From assembly GCA_002498925.1 (NCBI GenBank), contig DAJH01000040.1:1-43805 (forward strand): a stretch of DNA of 43,805 bases, written 5' to 3'. Of the stretch, positions 38,301 to 43,805 are shown one piece after another. A program made the translations under genes and the position numbers. This DNA is from Euryarchaeota archaeon UBA173 (GTDB taxonomy: Archaea; Thermoplasmatota; Poseidoniia; Poseidoniales; Thalassarchaeaceae). Position 1 is the first letter of the stretch. Every line of letters begins with the position of its first letter. A model generated the notes under the pieces. The model had not been told where the DNA came from. It saw only the letters and a program-made list of their open reading frames with translations, and made no database searches.

Positions 38301-40179
38301 TGATGTCAACGCTCCAACCGTATCTCACTCAATGAGGCTAGAGGCAGAGGTGGAAAGGGTCGAGGGTCTGTACACCATTGCAGCCGGTACTCAGGAGTTG
38401 GGGGCAGAACCAGGCGAGCTAGCAATTTTCTCACTTTCAGTAAAGAATACCGGCAATGGCCCCACTCAGTACAGGGTAGTTTGTGATTCTGAAAATAACT
38501 GGCCAATTTTAATCGGCAATAGTCAGTCATCCGATGTCACACTAGACCCCCTGGGGAGGCTGCAGTTCCTACCAATCCCAATCAAGGTCAGGGTACCCGA
38601 TTCTGAGAATGGTGAGCCTGCTGCAGGAACTACGGAGGACCTTTCCTGCACCACTACTTCTGTAAATGATCCAACCCTTACTACCACAGAGGACGCAACT
38701 GTAGTGGTTTTCGAGAATATGGATTTCCTCACAGATATCTATTCGGTAGATCTATCCGACGAGTGGACTCCACTCGGCCCCCTTGCAGTAGCCACAGATA
38801 GAGCAGTTCTGAATGGCGATATTATTGCAACTAAGATGGTGGTTTCAAATGACGGCAACCTGCCAATGTCATTCGAAGTCACAGCACTTTCCTCTCTAAA
38901 TACATGGCCAGTACAGATAGTCCATGGAGAAGAAGAGTCCCTGGAAGGGGTCGCCTTCACAATATCTGCCGGTTCACAGGCAACGGTGACTGTGAACACC
39001 ATCGTTCCGATGACTGCACAGATGGGGGATTCTAACACCATCACAATAAGGACCACGCAGGAAGGCGGTCAAACAGTAACAAATGCAACCAAACTCGTCG
39101 TTCTCGAACTTGCCCACCTAGATCTAGTAGGGGATGAGAAAATTTCAGTTGCACTAGGGACGAGTGGAGTCTCGTCCATACATGCACACAATGTTGGAAA
39201 TGTCGAACTCTCAGTTTCGCTAACCATGGGCACTCTCCCAGATGGGTGGTCTGCTGGGTTCCTCTCCTCTCGAGACTTCCAAATGGGTATGAATCAGCAG
39301 GCAACCATATCGGTTGCTTTGGAGCTACCCGGAAACTTGTCCTCGGGCCCCCTCTCCAATACCGTTCCTGTCATTATCGAGGTGTTCACACCCAGTGGCG
39401 TCTCCCAGTCTTACACAGTTTGGATGCAAGTCGAAGTACTGCCGTCTTCTTGGCTCAAATTTGAATGCGAGAGCACTCTACTGGAGGGCATAGTCGCCAA
39501 TTCAGAGGGGGAATTCGAAGTTACCCTGACTAATTGGGGGAATGTCGACTCGGAATTTACGATTGACATCATCTCGCCAGAGGGGTGGACAGTATTCATT
39601 TATTCTTCGCATTCAGGTCCACTTTCCCCCGGCCAGTCGGTTCAGATTACAGTTACAGCGAGCCCCGGTGAATCCACCGAGTTTGGTCTGGTTCAGCTTT
39701 CTTTGCATGCGAACTCGACTTCCTCCGAAGTAACTTCAACCGATGGCAATCTGGATCTGCAGGTCAGCAAATCCCGTGACTCTGGTTCATTTGCCATACC
39801 CTCTTGGGCATATGCGGTAGCATTCCTTTTGTTGCTATCTGCCACCCTAGTAGTTGGACTCAGGATGAGGAGTTCATCATCTGATGGGCTGAGGCCGGAG
39901 GAGGAGCTGATACCCCCTGGTTCCGCGCTACTCTCAGGAACTCAAACAGAGAGGAGGGCTGCAGCAATGGAGACCAGCGCCTCGGGTGAGGTACTAACGG
40001 GCACGGTCAGTAATGACGAGATCGAATCGGCGATGAGTTCATCATCCCTGCCCTCGCTTGAGATTCCAAAGTCTCCAGAAGGGGCTGCTCCGTTACCCCT
40101 TGGAGGCCTTCCTGAGGGATGGACAATGGAACAGTGGGCCGCCTATGGCCATCTCTGGTGGGAACAGAATCGTCCGTGA
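35389..40179 (+). CDS. Membrane-anchored S8 peptidase (KP-43-like) with CARDB and NEW3-like Ig domains (1596 aa)
   Basis: Signal and propeptide. Triad ISDTG, GHGTHVA and NGSSMATP. TAKNALTVGA, DGRIKPD, LVNDLDL/NNVE. CARDB (DSDSEVEELN...NN), NxG[ND] Ig repeats, TM, and a Trp-rich tail. Confidence 0.93.
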   Translation: MNTRRKSVLALLLLIFSTWSGTAAADVQDEFSESQSTSFWEGEWSLLENAAESEYPLREFSGFVHSPLGTFDPLVEAMPIGPDWLMNPDNPTNPRMMLVQSFTSDLTPLINDLESSGFKILDSIPDGVLVVRPPSEGSHVDFLGKSPNVRWFSEMPHSWKVSSEISDVSPPVDFLNLDVTPASDLSFDEILELSWHLSQISENYGRDEICDSSLCQLRGVSPDWLAPLALDWRVLSIQTSSVLTIHNSNAWAISGLEGAYLESGNSLNGSGEVLAISDTGLDEDHGDFNGRVRGIYDQFGPDNSHSDMNSGHGTHVAATLLGDGSGDTASKGMVPDATFHFYQLEADNSGFLARWGSLYEMFTHSWDQGARIQTNSWGNTNLVGEYSSDSRSVDDFIYDYPRFLALFSAGDLGPNPNSVTPPGTAKNALTVGASTTGAYSSVPEGSVSETSSSGTTLDGRIKPDIVAPGVMICSARAEEAQYASGSSCSTATHNDGTTPLYMALNGSSMATPVAAGAAAMTRQYLRESEGISEPRSDLIRAILINGAEDIGNPDIPNALEGWGQLDLQQSLYPSGTFNDDIMGSSEGSLNLFYDDSRQLLPGHSFAYTFEMSSDAMGGLDVTLVWNDREGSAIANQSAPRLVNDLDLRITAPNGSVYIGNSFSAGFSIMGGGNEDRLNNVERIRLPSGVSDIIETWTVEVGHAGGYLQDYSLVISASASEVEKADLAVFEGSLTTSVDSPLQGDTLLIEAAWGNRAAAPSGNYKVEIEDLTTGTIIHTSSRPSLSGGGLDSLSFPHSFSSTGAHLLELRLDSDSEVEELNDEISGIDNNKVVISVTVSQIGVRVTPLMEDGNLPQNPSQMEQAMKRTLDPRTGSSIYFDLELRNEGTSPISVRLSVSPVQIVSENGILQQPSDEWWKLLNETGPWELSPLGEEGDRVIVQLNLTDVDTDIDNPSGAVYALPGTFVTDLNLYDVNAPTVSHSMRLEAEVERVEGLYTIAAGTQELGAEPGELAIFSLSVKNTGNGPTQYRVVCDSENNWPILIGNSQSSDVTLDPLGRLQFLPIPIKVRVPDSENGEPAAGTTEDLSCTTTSVNDPTLTTTEDATVVVFENMDFLTDIYSVDLSDEWTPLGPLAVATDRAVLNGDIIATKMVVSNDGNLPMSFEVTALSSLNTWPVQIVHGEEESLEGVAFTISAGSQATVTVNTIVPMTAQMGDSNTITIRTTQEGGQTVTNATKLVVLELAHLDLVGDEKISVALGTSGVSSIHAHNVGNVELSVSLTMGTLPDGWSAGFLSSRDFQMGMNQQATISVALELPGNLSSGPLSNTVPVIIEVFTPSGVSQSYTVWMQVEVLPSSWLKFECESTLLEGIVANSEGEFEVTLTNWGNVDSEFTIDIISPEGWTVFIYSSHSGPLSPGQSVQITVTASPGESTEFGLVQLSLHANSTSSEVTSTDGNLDLQVSKSRDSGSFAIPSWAYAVAFLLLLSATLVVGLRMRSSSSDGLRPEEELIPPGSALLSGTQTERRAAAMETSASGEVLTGTVSNDEIESAMSSSSLPSLEIPKSPEGAAPLPLGGLPEGWTMEQWAAYGHLWWEQNRP

Positions 40180-40210
40180 CCGTTATCACTGTCAACTAGG
40201 TCGGAATGAC

Positions 40211-40825
40211 ATGGCTGGTTCTATCGTACTCTTTGGTCCGCCTGGTGCGGGTAAGGGAACGCAGGCCGGTAGGATTTCTGAATTAACGGGCAAGCCACAG
40301 GTTTCAACGGGGGACATGCTTAGGGCAGCTGTCTCCCAAGGCACACAGTTGGGCCATGAGGCCAAGACTTTCATGGATGCAGGATTGCTAGTTCCAGACT
40401 CAATTATCATCGGCCTTATTTCTGAGAGGCTGAAGGACGAGGATGCTGTAGGGGGAGTTCTGTTTGACGGTTTTCCCCGAACCATCCCCCAAGCAGAGGC
40501 ATTGGCAGAAATCGTGTCCGTGGAAGTCGTGATTTCCATGGAGGTCCCGGATGATTCGATTGTTGAGAGGATAGTTGGAAGGAGAATGGATCCTCAAACT
40601 GGTGAGATCTATCACATCAAGTTCAAACCCCCGCCTGAGGGTGTCTCTATGAGGGTAGTGCAGAGAAAGGACGACACCGAAGAAACGGTAAGAAGCCGAT
40701 TAGCAGCCTACCATGAACAGACGGCACCTTTGGCCGACTGGTATTCTAAGCGAGGATTACTAATGCGTATTGATGGAAATGGATCAATCGAAGATGTTGG
40801 GAACGCCATAGCTTCTAAATTGTGA
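40211..40825 (+). CDS. adk: Adenylate kinase (bacterial/eukaryotic type)
   Basis: FGPPGAGKGTQA, STGDMLR, LVPD, FDGFPRT and QRKDDTEE. I prefer ATG 40211 over 40058. Confidence 0.96.
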   Translation: MAGSIVLFGPPGAGKGTQAGRISELTGKPQVSTGDMLRAAVSQGTQLGHEAKTFMDAGLLVPDSIIIGLISERLKDEDAVGGVLFDGFPRTIPQAEALAEIVSVEVVISMEVPDDSIVERIVGRRMDPQTGEIYHIKFKPPPEGVSMRVVQRKDDTEETVRSRLAAYHEQTAPLADWYSKRGLLMRIDGNGSIEDVGNAIASKL

Positions 40826-40834
40826 GGGATTGAA

Positions 40835-41161
40835 ATTTCTAGAGGCAAGAAGTACCGTTCCCGATCCTCCAGGAATAGGAAAGCAGATGCCGCTGCAGCT
40901 ATAGCGATCCTTTCCGAGACCCTATCCACACATCTCGACGATAAGCAAATTGCAGATTCAGCTGCGAGGGATATCATCAGGGTGGGCAGGAGGCATGGAA
41001 GGAGGGCCGAACCAGAAATATCTAGGATGATATGCAGAAAATGTTTGAGCGCTCTATCGCCCAGTCAAAACTCAAGAATTAGAATAGTCTCCAAGCAGAT
41101 CGTTACTACGTGCACCATATGTGGAAATATCTCCAAGAGAGGCCCGGGTGATTCAATATGA
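40835..41161 (+). CDS. rnp4: Ribonuclease P protein component 4 (Rpp21), absent from the ORF track, start codon uncertain
   Basis: Manual translation: ISRGKKYRSRSSRNRKADAAAAIAILSETLSTHLDDKQIADSAARDIIRVGRRHGRRAEPEISRMICRKCLSALSPSQNSRIRIVSKQIVTTCTICGNISKRGPGDSI*. It has the ICxxC...RIR...TCxxCG zinc ribbon and an ATGA overlap with yhbY, the usual archaeal neighbour. Confidence 0.8.
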   Translation: MSRGKKYRSRSSRNRKADAAAAIAILSETLSTHLDDKQIADSAARDIIRVGRRHGRRAEPEISRMICRKCLSALSPSQNSRIRIVSKQIVTTCTICGNISKRGPGDSI

Positions 41162-41430
41162 AACCAATACCAAGTAGGATTCTCAAACTATCGGCCGACC
41201 CATCAATGAGGCCTACAGTTAGGGTGGGAAAATCAGGCTCAACAGAAGCAATAATCACCGAATTGAAAGATCAGCTTGAAAATCGTGATCTAGTCAAGGT
41301 AAAAGCGAATAGGGGAATTGCAGGTAATTCTAGTGAGAGAGATGACTTATTCTCATCTATGGCCAAACAGACCGGCTCAAGGCTAGTATTCCAGAGGGGC
41401 AACGTCGCAGTTTTCTGGTCCGGGAAATAA
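41158..41430 (+). CDS. YhbY/CRM-domain RNA-binding protein
   Basis: PTVRVGKSG, ELKDQL..RDLVKVK and QRGNVAVF. Length 90 aa. Confidence 0.92.
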   Translation: MKPIPSRILKLSADPSMRPTVRVGKSGSTEAIITELKDQLENRDLVKVKANRGIAGNSSERDDLFSSMAKQTGSRLVFQRGNVAVFWSGK

Positions 41431-41499
41431 CATTATTTCAGACCTCAGAGGGCCCCTGGCAATCGTGAGATATTTAGGGTGTTCACAGTTCGACGGGCC

Positions 41500-42903
41500 A
41501 TGGTGAGTCAAGAACAGGTAGTATTGGGAATCTTCATCCTCTCGTTTGCATTAATTCTTTCAGAGGTAGTGCATAGAACAATAGCCGCTTGGTTCGGCTC
41601 TGTCATGATGCTACTTTACGGTCATTGGACAGGGGTATTCCACCTTCACGAAGAATACAACTCCGCCGGTCAGTTAATCGACACTTACACGCTTGAGCAT
41701 ACCATGTTGGGATGGATTGAGTGGGAAGTTATTGGCCTATTGCTGGGGATGATGATTTTCGCCTCAATTTTGGAATTATGCGGGTTCTTCGAGTATGTCG
41801 CTATCAAGGCTTCCAAGATGAGCAGGGGCGACCCTTGGAGGTTGATAGTCCTGCTCGGAACCTTCACCACATTGCTATCTCTTGTCATCGACAATGTCAC
41901 TGCGATCATCATTATCGCTCCTGTGACTTTGAGAATCTGCAATAAATTGGAAATCAATCCAGTCCCCCCCTTGCTCGCAGAGGCAATCCTGTCCGACACC
42001 GGCGGAGTAGCATCGATGGTAGGCGACCCTCCCAATGTCATGATTGCTGCAGCCGCTGCCGACGCAACTCCTGCCTTGGAAGCGTTCTCTTTCAATGGCT
42101 TTCTTTTCAAGCTGGGTATTCTAACATTCATTGCATGGGTCGCAACTCTGACTTACTTCAGGTGGTACTACAAGGACTGGGCGGAGCAGAAGTCACCACA
42201 CGTCGACCTCCTTATGGAAGAGGACGAGTGGGATGCAATCAACGACAAGCAGCTGATGTATACAACTCTCTTCATTCTCGGTATGACCGTAGTGGCGTTC
42301 TCCGCTAAGTCCCTTCTGGATCTGGAGATAGAGATTGATGGGATAGCTCTAGCAGGTGCTGGTTTCGCACTGATCGCTGCCAGGCCGGGGGAAGAAATCA
42401 GAGAAGGATTCATCAATGACGTAGTAGAGAAGGTTGAATGGCAAGCGTTGCTGTTCTTTGTAGGACTATTCTTGCTAGTTGGGGGAATTGGCGATGTCGG
42501 CTATCTCGATCAGGTCGCCAACTGGATTTTCGATAACTTCGGTGACGATGAAGTCAAGCTCGCCATAGCCATCATCTGGGTCTCTGCAATAGCCAGTGCC
42601 CTGATCGACAACATCCCGTTCACAGCAGCCATGATTCCGGTAATCTTCAGCATCACCGAGGCCAGTGGAGGGACTCTGAGCCCAGAGCCCCTACTATGGG
42701 CACTGGCAATGGGGGCCGGATTCGGTGGAAATGCGACTCCGATTGGATCCAGCGCCAATGTGATGACTGTAGCAATCAGTGAGCGTTCGCCGTATCCGAT
42801 AACCACGAGGGAATGGGTCAGAGCAGGGTTTCCCGTCATGCTGATCACATGCTGTGTGGCGACCGTATTCATGTACTTCTTCCATGGTGCATTGTACGCC
42901 TGA
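41500..42903 (+). CDS. ArsB/NhaD/SLC13 (P-protein-like) ion transporter
   Basis: About 12 TM helices. HRTIAA, LLLGMMI, IDNVT, GDPPNVMI, VEWQALLFFVGLF, IDNIPF and GGNATPIGSSAN. I prefer ATG 41500. Confidence 0.92.
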   Translation: MVSQEQVVLGIFILSFALILSEVVHRTIAAWFGSVMMLLYGHWTGVFHLHEEYNSAGQLIDTYTLEHTMLGWIEWEVIGLLLGMMIFASILELCGFFEYVAIKASKMSRGDPWRLIVLLGTFTTLLSLVIDNVTAIIIIAPVTLRICNKLEINPVPPLLAEAILSDTGGVASMVGDPPNVMIAAAAADATPALEAFSFNGFLFKLGILTFIAWVATLTYFRWYYKDWAEQKSPHVDLLMEEDEWDAINDKQLMYTTLFILGMTVVAFSAKSLLDLEIEIDGIALAGAGFALIAARPGEEIREGFINDVVEKVEWQALLFFVGLFLLVGGIGDVGYLDQVANWIFDNFGDDEVKLAIAIIWVSAIASALIDNIPFTAAMIPVIFSITEASGGTLSPEPLLWALAMGAGFGGNATPIGSSANVMTVAISERSPYPITTREWVRAGFPVMLITCCVATVFMYFFHGALYA

Positions 42904-42939
42904 CCGCCATTATGAAGCAACAGACCCCCTCGGGGGGTC

Positions 42940-43302
42940 ATGCCCGAATGCGTGGTTTGCGGTTTGGTGACCTCTTCTTCGTCATGCCCAGTTTGCGGAA
43001 GTACGCCATCCGATGAGTTAGAAATATCACAACCTCCTACTTCCGGGGATTCTGAGAACGGAAACACGCTGCCATTCGGTCTAGATACGGAAACGGAAGG
43101 ATCGCGACATTCGTCAATCCCTTTCGGCTTAGAAAAAACCCCAGAAAAAACTGAAACCAATATATTGGCCTTCGGATTGGATAACTCTCCATTGGAAGGC
43201 GAAACGAGAGGACAAAAAGCCGTAACTAGCGAGCAGTCCGGGGATAAATCCACGAATCATTTACTGTTTGGCTTATCCCATTCTCCCTTAAATGACGAAT
43301 AA
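42940..43302 (+). CDS. Small protein with N-terminal zinc ribbon and four FGL repeats
   Basis: CVVCG-x7-CPVCG, then LPFGLD, IPFGLE, LAFGLD and LLFGLS. TATA-like TTATGAAG about 30 nt upstream. Confidence 0.7.
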   Translation: MPECVVCGLVTSSSSCPVCGSTPSDELEISQPPTSGDSENGNTLPFGLDTETEGSRHSSIPFGLEKTPEKTETNILAFGLDNSPLEGETRGQKAVTSEQSGDKSTNHLLFGLSHSPLNDE

Positions 43303-43357
43303 TCCGTCACCGTGGTCCCTTTTTCACACTCAAATGTGGGCCTAGTACCCCGGTTAC

Positions 43358-43396
43358 TTCATATACCGAATGTAGGTCGCCGGGATGCTTTATGTG
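43358..43396 (+). promoter_or_regulatory. Candidate tandem TATA boxes for the 23S rRNA transcript
   Basis: TTCATATA (43358) and CTTTATGT (43388) are the most TATA-like elements upstream of the structured leader. Position-based inference only. Confidence 0.35.
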
Positions 43397-43572
43397 CTCC
43401 TTGGTACATCGCGTACCAGGGTAAGAGGTTGAGGCCGCTCCGCCCCGCGGGGAGACGGAATGGCCAGAGAAACCTGAATTGATATGCCTGGAATACCAGA
43501 GGAATCAATCCTCCACTATCTAATAGTGGAGAGGCGATTAAAACTCATACAGGTGGGTATGTGGAATCACAA

Positions 43573-43805
43573 GATGCTACAACCCGACTGGGGGATGGCT
43601 CGGCTCGAGAGCCGAAGAAGGTCGTGACAAGCTGCGATAAGTCGCGGGGAGAGGCATGAATCTCATGGATCCGCGAATTACCGAATTGGACCTCCTGGCA
43701 CTCAGTGCCATTCCTCTTTATTGTAGGAAAGGGAACCCCCCGAACTGAAGCATCTCAGTAGGGGGAGGAATAGAAATCAACAGAGATTCCGTTAGTAGTG
43801 GCGAA
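43573..43805 (+). rRNA. rrl: 23S rRNA, 5' part (truncated by the window end, 5' boundary approximate)
   Basis: GGGGATGGCTCGGCTCGAGAGCCGAAGAAGGTCGTGACAAGCTGCGATAAG and GAACTGAAGCATCTCAGTAG...GGAATAGAAATCAA..GAGATTCCGTTAGTAGTGGCGAA are conserved archaeal 23S domain I sequences. Confidence 0.97.

Noticed and set aside
40058..40210. N-terminal extensions in the ORF track (adk, arcS, pcp-nudix, gap, dnaJ, 28457-30604)
   Set aside because: They are longest-ORF artefacts that overlap neighbouring genes or promoters. Family homology begins at the downstream starts.
40708..40977. 89-aa minus-strand ORF in the adk-yhbY gap
   Set aside because: It is a shadow of the plus-strand Rpp21 frame, which has the zinc ribbon and the expected gene neighbourhood.
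43433..43465. Canonical bulge-helix-bulge splice site
   Set aside because: Only one 3-nt bulge is present and the opposite side is a tiny terminal loop, so the geometry does not fit.
43472..43554. Cloverleaf-like fold as a tRNA
   Set aside because: No T-loop or D-loop consensus, no 7-bp acceptor stem and no 7-nt anticodon loop.

Overview
A gene-dense archaeal chromosome segment, most likely Marine Group II (Poseidoniales, Thermoplasmata). The assignment is inferred from archaeal housekeeping genes (uS15, ArcS, GluRS, RNase HII, PheT, type II GAPDH, Rpp21-YhbY), bacterial-type DnaJ and Adk, several giant acidic surface proteins and S8 peptidases, and a 23S rRNA gene with no 16S upstream. I count 29 protein-coding genes and the 5' end of the 23S rRNA, and saw no mobile element, CRISPR array, tRNA or prophage. 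I cannot demonstrate a complete new multi-gene system. The best leads are: (1) an Rpp21 gene missed by the ORF track, in frame behind the adk stop and lacking a canonical start codon; (2) a GXGXG beta-helix fused to a degenerate glutamate-synthase FMN barrel; (3) a pyroglutamyl peptidase-Nudix fusion; (4) surface proteins with Trp-rich or Zn-ribbon cytoplasmic tails; (5) a wHTH-STAND-TPR protein; (6) a probable RecJ/DHH pseudo-enzyme; (7) an S8 protease with Asp in the oxyanion hole; (8) perfect inverted repeats ending directly at start codons. All family calls come from recognising motifs by eye, not from database searches.
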